This document shows, piece by piece, positions 52,232 to 64,000 of a DNA stretch of 64,000 bases. This stretch comes from Octopus sinensis (lineage: Eukaryota): assembly GCF_006345805.1 (NCBI RefSeq), contig NC_042999.1:147188001-147252000 (forward strand), given 5' to 3'. Below the pieces are notes generated by a model. That model did not search any database. It saw only the letters and a program-made list of their open reading frames with translations, and was not told the DNA's origin. Position numbers and translations under genes: made by a program. How positions within the stretch are numbered: position 1 is the stretch's first letter; every line of letters starts with the position of its first letter.

Positions 52232-52259
52232 TATTTTTAATAAAAACATATACGTGGTT

Positions 52260-52760
52260 TTGCGTTTTTGACTGCTACTTCTAGCGTGTAAAAATTTCCC
52301 GTTAAAGGTAGTTTTCTTTTTTATTTACATTTACACTATTTTATATTCACAATATGTTGTCTATTGACTTTTTATACATGCTAGGCCACTAGTAGTGTAA
52401 TTTCTAAAAAATATTCGCCATCCTATATATTTATGACTATAATTTTAGTATTTCGAAGATCAGTTCGGCATTATTCATCTACAACCAACTGAAACTGCCC
52501 TTGAGCGGTAAATTAGAAAATCATAACCTATAATGAGACACGTGTTATTTGTGTCTAAATTATGTTAATTATTATGGTACGGTTATTTGCTGAAAAAATG
52601 TGAAACCTAGGAATAACCGTAAAAAAATAAGGTAAAAGTTTTTATTTTTATTTTCTTTCGAAAATTGCCCTTAAATGTGGTTTAGGTCGCTTTTGATTGC
52701 GTCTTCTAGCGTGTAAAAAATTAACTGTTAAAGGTAGTGTTCTCTTGTGTTTGAATGTAC
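52260..52760 (+). repeat. Relative of the 467-bp family (~430-bp period) with an HHR remnant at ~52579-52620
   Basis: Shares ttgactttttatacatgctaggccact and cttctagcgtgtaaa (52275, ~52703). Stem I ACGGUUA/UAACCGU is retained but the core is lost. Confidence 0.7.
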
Positions 52761-52771
52761 CCTATTATATT

Positions 52772-52832
<61 letters not shown>

Positions 52833-52871
52833 ATGTGTGTGTGTGTATCTGTGTCTGTGTGTGAGTATAGG

Positions 52872-53030
52872 CGCAGGAGTGGCTGTGTGGTGAGAAACTT
52901 CCTTTGCAACCATACACTTCCGGGTTCAATCTCATTGCTTGGTACCTTGGTGAAGTGTCTTCTACTATAGCCTCGTGGCTACTAAGCCTTGTGAGACAGA
53001 AACTGAAAGAACCCCGTCGTAAATGTGCAT
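52872..53030 (+). mobile_element. SINE family B 5' half
   Basis: ggagtggctgtgtggtgag...ccgggttcaatc...ggaaactgaaagaacccc-type motifs. Confidence 0.65.
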
Positions 53031-53033
53031 ACA

Positions 53034-53105
<72 letters not shown>

Positions 53106-53107
<2 letters not shown>

Positions 53108-53493
53108 GAAAATAGTAGAGTGAAAAAACGACAGAAGGCTTGAATGTTAAAAAATATATATATTTGCGTCAATATGTCTGAAGAATATTAGAAAATTTTT
53201 TTTTTAATTTTTTTCCTCTTATAATGACATAAATTAAAAGAAATACGGTTTCGCGTGTAGCTTTTCAAATTTCTTGTGACGTTATGTCTATTGACTTTTT
53301 ATATATGCTAGGCCACTAGTAGTGAAATTTGAAAAGCTACACGCGAAACCGGTATTTCTTTTAATTTATGTCATTATAAGAGGAAAAACATTTTTTTTTT
53401 TAATTTTCTAATATTCTTCAGACATATTGACGCAAATATATATATTTTTTAACATTCAAGCCTTCTGTCGTTTTTTCACTCTACTATTTTCTA
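53106..53493. repeat. Fold-back: ~168-bp inverted arms with a 50-bp spacer
   Basis: 53106-53273 versus 53324-53493; (TA)n on both sides. Confidence 0.92.
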
Positions 53494-53904
53494 TATATTC
53501 ACCCACGTGTTTTCACAAACCAACTTTCTTATCTATGTATATATATACACTTACGTATATAAAAGTCTATATGTATGTATATTTGTTTGTTCGTTTATTT
53601 GTTTCAGTTATTTCACTGCGACCATGGTAGTGCACCGCGTTTTTATTGTTTTGGATTCTAATTTGGAATGTATATATTTCATCAAAATATATTATCAAGC
53701 TTCTTTTATTAATGAAAATCCCAAATTCCCGATTTAGTCACAAGGCCCATTATTATTCACTAGAGTCAACAAAATGACGGTTTCAACATCTTTGCTTACA
53801 CTTCATTGTAATGTTAATGTACATCGATAAGTTATTAGCTACAGATGAAAACTGAATGACGTTTTCAGTTTAATTACCAGGCATTCAACCCTTGATGTAA
53901 TCTT

Positions 53905-54102
53905 TTCTACTATAGACTTAGGGCCTGAAATTGTGTAGGAGGTGATCAGTCGATTACATCAACCTGATGTTTAACTACTACTTATTTTATCGAGACCGAA
54001 AGTTGAAAGGCAAAGCCAACCTCGGCGAAATTTGAACTCAGAACGTATAGACAGACGAAATGCCGCTAAGCATGTTGTCCAGCGTGTGCCAGCTCTCCAC
54101 CT
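53905..54102 (-). mobile_element. SINE family A copy, decayed
   Basis: gaaaggcaaagccaacctcggcgaaatttgaactcagaacg. Confidence 0.7.
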
Positions 54103-55434
54103 TAACTAATTATATAATATCCAGTGTTTAGATAACATGTTAGTATGAAAGTAGTTCAAACCTATCATTATCACCAACCTTACTTTTTGTCCAAAGTATT
54201 CGCAGTTAGATTTCAGAAAACCTAGAGCATATAATTACCTTGACTTACTGAAATTCATATTTTGTATATATGATATGGAGAATGTTATACCAAGTGATAT
54301 AGCTTTAATACTTTTACATGTTAATGCATTCATCATTGATGCCCTTATTATTCAATCAGGGAACGAACTTGAGACTTCTCATCTAGATTATTAGCCATTT
54401 CAGAAATATATTCTAAAATATTTATTGGCCAAAAGGTCAAAACATTATCGCAGGGGAAATATAGTCGATCAAATGTCAAGTACTTCTCTTATCCGGCAGA
54501 CAACATGGAGTAGACAAAGTCGATTATAGCTGGGTTTATGATGTCACTCACTTCCCGAGATTACCAAAAATATAAGTAAAGCAAAATGAATTCTTAGAAT
54601 ATTGACTGAGTTTTGGAGAATTCTTTGAGCTAGATATCACCTCTTCATTGATCGAGACGAAATGTATTAAAACTTATAGATTAGTGTAGCACCTGTTACA
54701 TTCCTGAAAATTTGAAGAACGATATTTTGAGACAGTGGAAGTATTCAAGAAATAATATGTCTTTGAACAAAATACAGAATGATTACATTTTCTGTTTATT
54801 GGCTGCAGTTCAATGCTGAAAATATTAACTTTGCCTTCTCTGGCCAAAAGTAAAACAAAATACCACCTCGATTTTATTCTGTTCTTTATTACAGAAGATA
54901 TTATCAAAAGTTCTGGCAATGTATAAGGAAATATAAATATTAACAACATTTTATATTTGTCTATCATTATAGATATCTCTTTATCTAAGTAGATATATAT
55001 ATACAATTACATATACATACACACATGCACAAGCACACTCACGCTCACATAACTTGCTTAAGCAAACGCACACGCACACTTATATAAATATACATATTTT
55101 CACGTGTATACTAATGTATATGTATTCTCTCTCATTCCCTCTCCTTCCTATTTTTCTGCCCATATTTATATATGTGTGTGTGTATGTGTGTGTATATACG
55201 TATACACACATATCTATAAATTTGTGCCTATGTATTTGTGGTATATAAATACATGCACAAATACATAATACATACACACATTCATACATACACACCACGC
55301 ACACGCACACACACGCATATATATGCGTAAATGTCGAATGTATGTATACTTATACAAATACATATGTACATATATATGTAAGCATATACGTATGTATGTG
55401 CACATATACTTATCTTTGTAGAACTCAGATATCG

Positions 55435-55835
55435 GTACTCCGCTTGAGCGGTAACAAGTTTAGTTGCCAACCACATGGTTTCGGGTTCAGTTCCACTGCG
55501 TGGAACCTTTAGCAATTATCTTCTACTAAATCTTCGGACCAACTATAGTCTTGTGAGTGAACGTCGTAGAGGGAAACTGAAAGAAGCCCGTCGTATATAT
55601 GTCTGTACGTGTTTGTATATGTTTCTTTGTGTCTGTGTTTCTATCCCACAACCGCGCGACATACTGTGTTTGTCTGTTTACGTTCCCATGAGCAAGTGTT
55701 TCGGCTAAAGATATCGATAAAATAATGCCAAGCTTAAAAATTTAAGTACTGCTATCAATTCTTTCGATTAAAATTTTACAAGGTGGTGCCCCAGTATGGT
55801 TGAAGTCTAATCACTGGAGCAAGTAAAAGATAAGT
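55435..55835 (+). mobile_element. SINE family B copy
   Basis: ccaaccacatggtttcgggttcagttccactgcg...ggaaactgaaagaagcccgtcg. Confidence 0.7.
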
Positions 55836-55943
55836 TACCTGATTTCAATGCTAAACACAAATAATGATTACTTCAAAGATTTACTCACCACAGTGTTCCC
55901 AGATAATTTGTGCCTGAGTATTTCTTCATTCATGGATCTAGAG

Positions 55944-56288
55944 CAAGGGTTCTCAACAATTCTTAACCTATGAACCCCTTTGATAACAATTTTAATCTGG
56001 TGGATCCCTATAACTAGTCGATGTTTAAAATCAGGTTTTATAGAAACTTCTTTCAAAATTCCTAATTTGTTTTACACACATTAACTGGTGTAAATTGAAC
56101 TATGCAAAATTTTAGAGAACGAAACCTGGCTGATTGCTACAATACATACCAATGCATATATCTAAAGCAATATCTTTTCAGTGTCCCTTAAAATAATATT
56201 GTGAATCCCCAGTTTACTACGCTGCTTGCATGCCCTTCAAAATCTTAAATGGACCCCCAACCATATGGACCTCGCTTGAGAAACACAG
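55944..56288. mobile_element. hAT (Charlie-type) MITE, 345 bp, 8-bp TSD ATCTAGAG
   Basis: TSD at 55936-55943 and 56289-56296 fits the NTCTAGAN target. Imperfect TIRs caagggttctcaa / ttgagaaacacag. Confidence 0.8.
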
Positions 56289-56384
56289 ATCTAGAGAGTT
56301 TTTTTTTAAAATCTATGCCGTTCATTCATTCAGTTAATGCGCATGTTCATGTTATACGCACATAATCTCGCCTGATCTAGAGTA

Positions 56385-56710
56385 TAACTGGAACTCTGCC
56401 GGTTATGATGACGAATGTTCAGTTGATCCGATGAACGGAACAGCCTGCCAGTGAAATTAACGCGCAAGTGGCTGAGCACACCACAGGTACGCGTGCCTTT
56501 AACATAGTTCTCTGGAAGATTCAGTGTTACATATAACGTGACAAGACAGATGTTTTGAATTACATGTACTACTTACTTTTGCCAGCAGAATGCACTGGAG
56601 CAATGTGAAATAAAATGTCTTGCTCAAGGACACGACGTACCACCGGGAACCAAAATCGCTACCTAACTATCGTGGACTTACTACCCAAACCACTAAGCCA
56701 TACACCTTCA
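56385..56710 (-). mobile_element. SINE family C copy, decayed
   Basis: gttgatccga..aacggaacagcc...gaaattaacg..aagtggctgagcac matches 24560-24620. Confidence 0.65.
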
Positions 56711-57837
56711 TTATTTCAATACATTAGCTAATGAATATACTCAACGGTAACATTTTAAAATTAGGCAATGCATTTTAGCCAGGATTTCATTTTTATAAGT
56801 TGTATAATATTAATCATGAAAATAGCTGATGAATGATTGACAAATGTAGGGAGTGGTCACATTTGGTATTTTGAAGAAGGCTGAAATGTGTTTCACTTAA
56901 TAGCATGAAGACGAACCATCAATCAATATATACACATGCATACATACGCACACACAAACCACTCACACATTATTCAGTAATAAATGGACCAGAACAGAGA
57001 GCAGACTTGTATAACAAGTTAGTATAAGCACGTTACTTTGGCGCCGGTTATATTGAGGTATTCGTGACTGTTATATAGATAAACCCAGATGTTTTTGTCA
57101 TATAGTTTTCGAACATACACCAAAGTAAACAGCAACATGATATAGCTTGGACACAGTTTTCGTGAAATGGATTCTTCCAGGGGCCATGCGATTCAACAAT
57201 TTCAAAGACGCCGGAGGGCGTGATATGCATCGAGCCTGGTCATATAAGGTCATAGCATTGTCAGAAGTGAAACATAGCCGGTCACTTTCACAGCACAAAC
57301 GAATAGTCTTCGTAATCCATACCCTTATTGTGGATTGGCTTTTGGGGGTTTCTCATACACCCCAGAAATCAACATTTTACTTAAGGTAGATAAATACCTC
57401 TCAGAATTACAAAATGGATATACATATTTCCTGCAACAGATATTTATCGTGTATTGATCGCAAGAGAATGTATTAATATTCATAGATTAGTAAAGCTCCT
57501 ATTGCTAAGCAGTAAGATCTCTAAGAATAGGAAAGTGTTTAAGAAATAATTCAATGTCTGCACAAGAAAAACAAAATCGAAACAATACACAATCTTAAGA
57601 GTCTCTATTTACTGGCTACAATTCAACACCGAATATATTGTCTTTTCAATTTTTGGCCAAAAGTGAGAAAATAAGAAAGAATCATATTGCTTTTTTTCTT
57701 CTTCGCTCTTTATCAGAACAAGTAAGATATTCAGCTCAAGTATATGTTTGTGAGTATATATAAATATCAGATGCGTTGTTTCTCTATATGTCGATGTTGT
57801 CTATACATTAAACCTGTGTGTTTTCATAGATATTGAT

Positions 57838-58225
57838 TAGGTGTGGCTGTATGGTAAGAAATTTGCTTCCCAACCATATGGTTCCAGCTTCAGCCTCATG
57901 CAAGATACTTTGCGCGAGCGACTTTTACTATATCGTTGGGCCAACCAAAATTCTGTGACGGAGTTCGGTTGAAGAAAGCCTGTCATATATACATGTGTGT
58001 GTGTGTGCGCGTGTGAAGTGCCTTTTTGTGTTAGTGTTAGTCCCCCAGCACAATTTGACAACCGGTGTTGGAGTGTTAAGTCCATCAAACTAGCGGCGTG
58101 ACAACAGGAGCGGACAGGATTATTACGAGGCTTGAATTGAAAATAAGTGCTGGTGGAATCGATTAGTTTGACTGAAGTTCTTCAATGTTGTGCACCGGTA
58201 TGGCCACGTTCCAGTTAATGAAATA
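57838..58225 (+). mobile_element. SINE family B copy, decayed
   Basis: ggtgtggctgtatggtaagaaatttgcttcccaaccatatggttcc head. Confidence 0.65.
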
Positions 58226-58261
58226 ATATATATATATATATATAATATATATATATATATC

Positions 58262-60300
58262 TATACAATATGTTACATTACTCGGTAGTCAAGATAAAAC
58301 TCTGAGTTTCAGATGCCGAAGTGGAAATCCACAACACCATCTCTTCGGTTATCTGGCTATTTGAAAACGTTATGAAAAAATACCGTTAAAAATGAAGGGA
58401 AATTACTCTGTTATAACTCTGCTTTGCCTGCGTACTTATACATCGCTCGCATTTTTCGTCATAAAAATTATATAAAAATACATAAAAATATATAAAAATA
58501 TATAAAAATATATAAAATCTTCTTGGGACATAACACAGAAAGCATGTTCTATCCGTTTTCTTTAGGGGACCAAAAACGTAACAGAAATTTAGTCACATGT
58601 GGGCATGATCCGAAAAGCTCTGTCCTTGTATTTAGACATGTGGTAGGGTCTAAGCTGCTTTTCCAGATAAGCCATCTCTCCATGTCGCATAAACCGCACC
58701 TTCCGCTGCCGTTAGTATAGGGCTTACATCTGGCCAAAATCTTCCATTGTGTGTTATAATCGACACCTTTATCTCTTAAAGACCAAATATGATTGGATAA
58801 TTGTGTCGCTTTTCTTTTGTTCCAGTGCCTAAAGCTCAAAGTGTGGTTATTGAACCTGGCCTTGAAATTACCCTCTGTCAGGCCACGTATTTCTTCGTCG
58901 AAACGGTGTCTTTAGTGGTTATAGAGTTTACGGTAGCTTCATATATGATGGTCTTGGACATGCAAGCTCCATTTAGCGGGCACAATTCTTTATTCCTGCA
59001 TGAACAGCTGTTTTCTTCTTGTGTTTTTTGTATGTTATGATTGATTATGTTTTTAAAATTGGTAGTTGAACTAAAACTAATTTTTAAATTGTGTCTATTA
59101 AAGAGTTTCCTATAAGCATGGTTAACTGGAAAATGTCTATCTATCTATCAGTGCTAGGAAATATTTACCTATATTGAAGGCCACCTCGGGTGAGTAAGGG
59201 GGCGTAAACCAGATGACCTTCCTATTTCTATTATTCCTTTTCCTTATTGTTGGGCTGGTGATAGGTGTATATTTTATTTTTTCGCTAAAACCACTATCTT
59301 TTAAAGCTTTATTATAAACTGGGGCAACGCTATTGAAGATGTCCTCATTAGATGAGAGGCTAGAAATCCTCTTACTAATATTTTTAACTAAATTTTTGAA
59401 TACTATAGGGGGATGGCATGAACCTACATTATATAACTTAGTCTATCATTGGGCTTCCTATAAGGCTTATAAATATTATTATTAAGATCTAAGGAAACGT
59501 CTAAGAAATTGACAACCGTCAGGTTAGTGTCTATAGTTATACTAAGTCCGAAGTGTTTCATTAACTGGATAATATCCTTCCTAAAACGATCTTGTGCTGG
59601 TCCATTTGTATTAGCTGTTAAGGCGAGGGCATCATCTTTGTAGATGGCGAAATGTACGTTAGGAATGTCTTACCGAAGGTATCTAGGAGAAAGAGTCCAT
59701 TAGATCACAGATGCCTGCCCCATCATATGAACCCATGCTCACATCGAAAGCGCCCTCCGTGTCGGTGTTTTTTACCCACTTTGCATTCTCACTGAAAGTA
59801 ATGTCTTTCTAGCATGGAAGATTATATCCTTATCATTGGTACTAATTTCTATGAAGTCACTAGCGAAGATTAGGGCTTTATCTAGCAGTTCTTTAGAGAT
59901 AGAGGCATAAAAATCAACAATATCGAATTGTGTAAACCTCGCTTTTTTCTTATTCTTAATAGCTTTAAACCAGTCTACGACTTCTATACTATTGGACCAT
60001 TGCACTAGCCTAGTATCGGTCTTAATTTTCGTATTTATTTTATCTAAAATTTCTTTGCTAATAATCCCTAGTTCTGACTTGGCTGGGTTGATAAGCCTAC
60101 ATTTAGGGTTGGAAAGGAAGTTTTCTTTCTTTGTGGTCTTTAATAGTAATAAAGGCCTCTTTTGGGGGAGGGTTTCTATTTTTTTATCTAATTTAAGTTT
60201 AGCGGCGATGACGCTAGCTTCTTTATTAATTTCGTTATATGTCTGTGCCCTAGCCTTAGTATATTATTAATGATGCTGTTGTGTAAGAGTTGTGTGTATC
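58262..60300 (-). mobile_element. Penelope-like retroelement (Naiad-type), 5'-truncated, copy 1
   Basis: RT motifs FDIVDFYASI, MGSYDGA.ICDL and YKDD; CSCRNKELCPLNGAC linker (CxCx5Cx5C); GIY-YIG IIY..YVG with RCGLC; several frameshifts. Confidence 0.92.
58292..58354 (-). ncRNA. Variant type I HHR motif (CCGAAGA core) in the PLE 3' pLTR; second copy at 60368-60430
   Basis: AGAUAA-CCGAAGA-GAUG..CAUC(U)-GAAACUC-A-GAGUU-UUAUCU. Confidence 0.6.
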
Positions 60301-60337
60301 AATATATATATATATATATAATATATATATATATATC

Positions 60338-62370
60338 TATACAATATGTTACATTACTCGGTAGTCAAGATAAAACTCTGAGTTTCAGATGCCGAAGTGG
60401 AAATCCACAACACCATCTCTTCGGTTATCTGGCTATTTGAAAACGTTATGAAAAAATACCGTTAAAAATGAAGGGAAATTACTCTGTTATAACTCTGCTT
60501 TGCCTGCGTACTTATACATCGCTCGCATTTTTCGTCATAAAAATTATATAAAAATACATAAAAATATATAAAAATATATAAAAATATATAAAATCTTCTT
60601 GGGACATAACACAGAAAGCATGTTCTATCCGTTTTCTTTAGGGGACCAAAAACGTAACAGAAATTTAGTCACATGTGGGCATGATCCGAAAAGCTCTGTC
60701 CTTGTATTTAGACATGTGGTAGGGTCTAAGCTGCTTTTCCAGATAAGCCATCTCTCCATGTCGCATAAACCGCACCTTCCGCTGCCGTTAGTATAGGGCT
60801 TACATCTGGCCAAAATCTTCCATTGTGTGTTATAATCGACACCTTTATCTCTTAAAGACCAAATATGATTGGATAATTGTGTCGCTTTTCTTTTGTTCCA
60901 GTGCCTAAAGCTCAAAGTGTGGTTATTGAACCTGGCCTTGAAATTACCCTCTGTCAGGCCCACGTATTTCTTCGTCGAAACGGTGTCTTTAGTGGTTATA
61001 GAGTTTACGGTAGCTTCATATATGATGGTCTTGGACATGCAAGCTCCATTTAGCGGGCACAATTCTTTATTCCTGCATGAACAGCTGTTTTCTTCTTGTG
61101 TTTTTTGTATGTTATGATTGATTATGTTTTTAAAATTGGTAGTTGAACTAAAACTAATTTTTAAATTGTGTCTATTAAAGAGTTTCCTATAAGCATGGTT
61201 AACTGGAAAATGTCTATCTATCAGTGCTAGGAATATTTACCTATATTGAAGGCCACCTCGGGTGAGTAAGGGGGCGTAAACCAGATGACCTTCCTATTTC
61301 TATTATTCCTTTTCCTTATTGTTGGGCTGGTGATAGGTGTATATTTTATTTTTTCGCTAAAACCACTATCTTTTAAAGCTTTATTATAAACTGGGGCAAC
61401 GCTATTGAAGATGTCCTCATTAGATGAGAGGCTAGAAATCCTCTTACTAATATTTTTAACTAAATTTTTGAATACTATAGGGGGATGGCATGAACCTACA
61501 TTAATATAACTTAGTCTATCATTGGGCTTCCTATAAGGCTTATAAATATTATTATTAAGATCTAAGGAAACGTCTAAGAAATTGACAACCGTCAGGTTAG
61601 TGTCTATAGTTATACTAAGTCCGAAGTGTTTCATTAACTGGATAATATCCTTCCTAAAACGATCTTGTGCTGGTCCATTTGTATTAGCTGTTAAGGCGAG
61701 GGCATCATCTTTGTAGATGGCGAAATGTACGTTAGGAATGTCTTACCGAAGGTATCTAGGAGAAAGAGTCCAATTAGATCACAGATGCCTGCCCCATCAT
61801 ATGAACCCATGCTCACATCGAAAGCGCCCTCCGTGTCGGTGTTTTTTACCCACTTTGCATTCTCACTGAAAGTAATGTCTTTCTAGCATGGAAGATTATA
61901 TCCTTATCATTGGTACTAATTTCTATGAAGTCACTAGCGAAGATTAGGGCTTTATCTAGCAGTTCTTTAGAGATAGAGGCATAAAAATCAACAATATCGA
62001 ATTGTGTAAACCTCGCTTTTTTCTTATTCTTAATAGCTTTAAACCAGTCTACGACTTCTATACTATTGGACCATTGCACTAGCCTAGTATCGGTCTTAAT
62101 TTTCGTATTTATTTTATCTAAAATTTCTTTGCTAATAATCCCTAGTTCTGACTTGGCTGGGTTGATAAGCCTACATTTAGGGTTGGAAGGAAGTTTTCTT
62201 TGTGGTCTTTAATAGTAATAAAGGCCTCTTTTGGGGGAGGGTTTCTATTTTTTTATCTAATTTAAGTTTAGCGGCGATGACGCTAGCTTCTTTATTAATT
62301 TCGTTATATGTCTGTGCCCTAGCCTTAGTATATTATTAATGATGCTGTTGTGTAAGAGTTGTGTGTATCA
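60338..62370 (-). mobile_element. Penelope-like retroelement (Naiad-type), 5'-truncated, copy 2 (offset 2076 bp)
   Basis: Near-identical to copy 1. The endonuclease ORF 60625-61062 and thumb ORF 61227-61634 are open here. Confidence 0.92.
60625..61062 (-). pseudogene. PLE GIY-YIG endonuclease domain (open segment of a disrupted RT-EN ORF)
   Basis: CPLNGAC..KTIIYEATV..KYVGLTEGNFKARFNNH..WKILARC..RCGLC..LNTRTELFGSCPH. Confidence 0.88.
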
Positions 62371-62374
62371 ATAT

Positions 62375-62418
<44 letters not shown>

Positions 62419-62571
62419 TATATATACATATATATACATACATACGTACGTATATACATGCACATACAGACACGTGTTTTTATAATCAATAAATAAAAAC
62501 TGATGTACATCAGTTGTCAATCATCAGTTTTATCTGCATTTTCTGTTTTCCTTAAATACGTGTGCTTGTAC

Positions 62572-62602
<31 letters not shown>

Positions 62603-62625
62603 AATGTGTGTGTGTATATGTGTGC

Positions 62626-62659
<34 letters not shown>

Positions 62660-62695
62660 ATGTGTGTGTGTGTGTGCGTGTGTGTGTGTGTGTGG
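62371..62695. repeat. (TA)n and (TG)n microsatellite cluster
   Basis: Directly visible. Confidence 0.93.
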
Positions 62696-63584
62696 TTGAA
62701 AAATATCGCAATGGCTATAAATATACCATAAACAAGTACAAAAAATTGGAGGGGAAAAGTGTTGAATCAAAATTAGATTTAATAGGAAATTGGATTCAAT
62801 ACATACGCAAGTTTCAAAAGACAATACAAATATGTAAGAAAAAAATTATAATCATAGTAACTATAATTAAATTTATGCATTGTCATTCTCATCAGTGTGA
62901 GGAATGTTTGGAAGGACATCAAAAAAGGTTTAATAAAATAAGTTAAGATACAATAAGGGAGAATACCGATGGAGAAATAGGGAAAAATCGGATATTTACA
63001 AACAAGTTGTAAAAGGGAAAAATTAACAGTAATAATAATAGTGAGAGAGACGAAAGAGAAAACAAAAGAGAGACATATCAACGTGTATGCAAGTTTATAT
63101 GTGCAGGAAATTCTGATATATAAAAATAAACGGATATGTTTAAAGAAATAATAACAGGCCGAGACGAAGTATAATGTAAACAAGGCCCCGTGTGTCTAGT
63201 AGAATATAACGCAACAGGTACACTAACAGAAAAAAGCCATAGAGAGTTATACGTATACATATTAATATCGGAAAACGAATATATATATATTACAAGAGGC
63301 TTAAGGTGATAAGCAAGAAAATGTTTGAAAAAGATACAATATTTAAGTAAAAAATGTACATTAAAGCAGAGAAAAGAAAAACAAAGAGAACTTAATAAAG
63401 AAAAAGCATAGATCACCGACAGGATGGATCGGTGTAATCAAGACAGTTACGTTTCTGAAAAACTAGCCCGGGGTACGGGAGACAATAAGAGAAATATAGG
63501 AACAAAAACGAATATAGGAAGGAGAAAATTATTATAAACTTACAAATGATAGAAAAAACTTATACACTTAACATATAAGTAAAC

Positions 63585-64000
63585 ATATAAGTATATACAG
63601 TCATACATATATACATACATATACTCATACACAACACATACACACACAAACGTGCATGCACTCACACATACACATACATAGGTGCAAGTCTAAGGGAAGA
63701 TACAAGTAAAATAAAGTAGTACGTATACACACACACACATATATATATATATATACACACATACATATACATATACATATGCATATATATACACCCATAC
63801 ATATATGCATACACATACATACACATATATAAACCGTACGCGCTCACAAATATACGTACATACAAATATATAAATATATATATACACGCACAGATATACA
63901 TTCAAAAACACACACACACACACAGACACACACACACACACTCATACACACACACACACATACACATATATATATATATATATATACATATTATATATAT
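63585..64000. repeat. (CA)n/(TA)n low-complexity tract
   Basis: Directly visible. Confidence 0.95.

Noticed and set aside
58549-61100. Selenoprotein-type Naiad (in-frame TGA at Cys positions)
   Set aside because: The linker and CxxC cysteines are encoded by TGT/TGC, with no TGA at those positions.

Overview
AT-rich, microsatellite-saturated animal genomic DNA. The SINE families and repeat density suggest an octopod cephalopod (inference). No intact protein-coding gene is supported, and nearly all ORF-track entries are microsatellite or low-complexity read-throughs. Recognisable content: a full-length but decayed mariner, a deleted maT/DD37D-like element, a hAT-Charlie-type MITE with an 8-bp TSD, RTE, CR1/L2 and R4/Dong-like LINE fragments, three tRNA-SINE families in many copies, and a tandemly duplicated 5'-truncated Penelope-like element (Naiad-type linker, RT + GIY-YIG). 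The most striking signal is a set of several unrelated non-coding repeat families carrying type I hammerhead ribozyme (HHR) motifs. They occur as a 565-bp tandem array with one HHR per unit, as fold-back elements, as a 467-nt unit bounded by two HHRs, and as a tRNA-SINE with an HHR-like tail, and they mostly end in (TA)n tracts. One 388-bp palindrome is centred 3 nt from the predicted ribozyme cleavage site. This looks like a retrozyme-like, PLE-dependent small-RNA system. All HHR folds were read by eye, and activity is untested.
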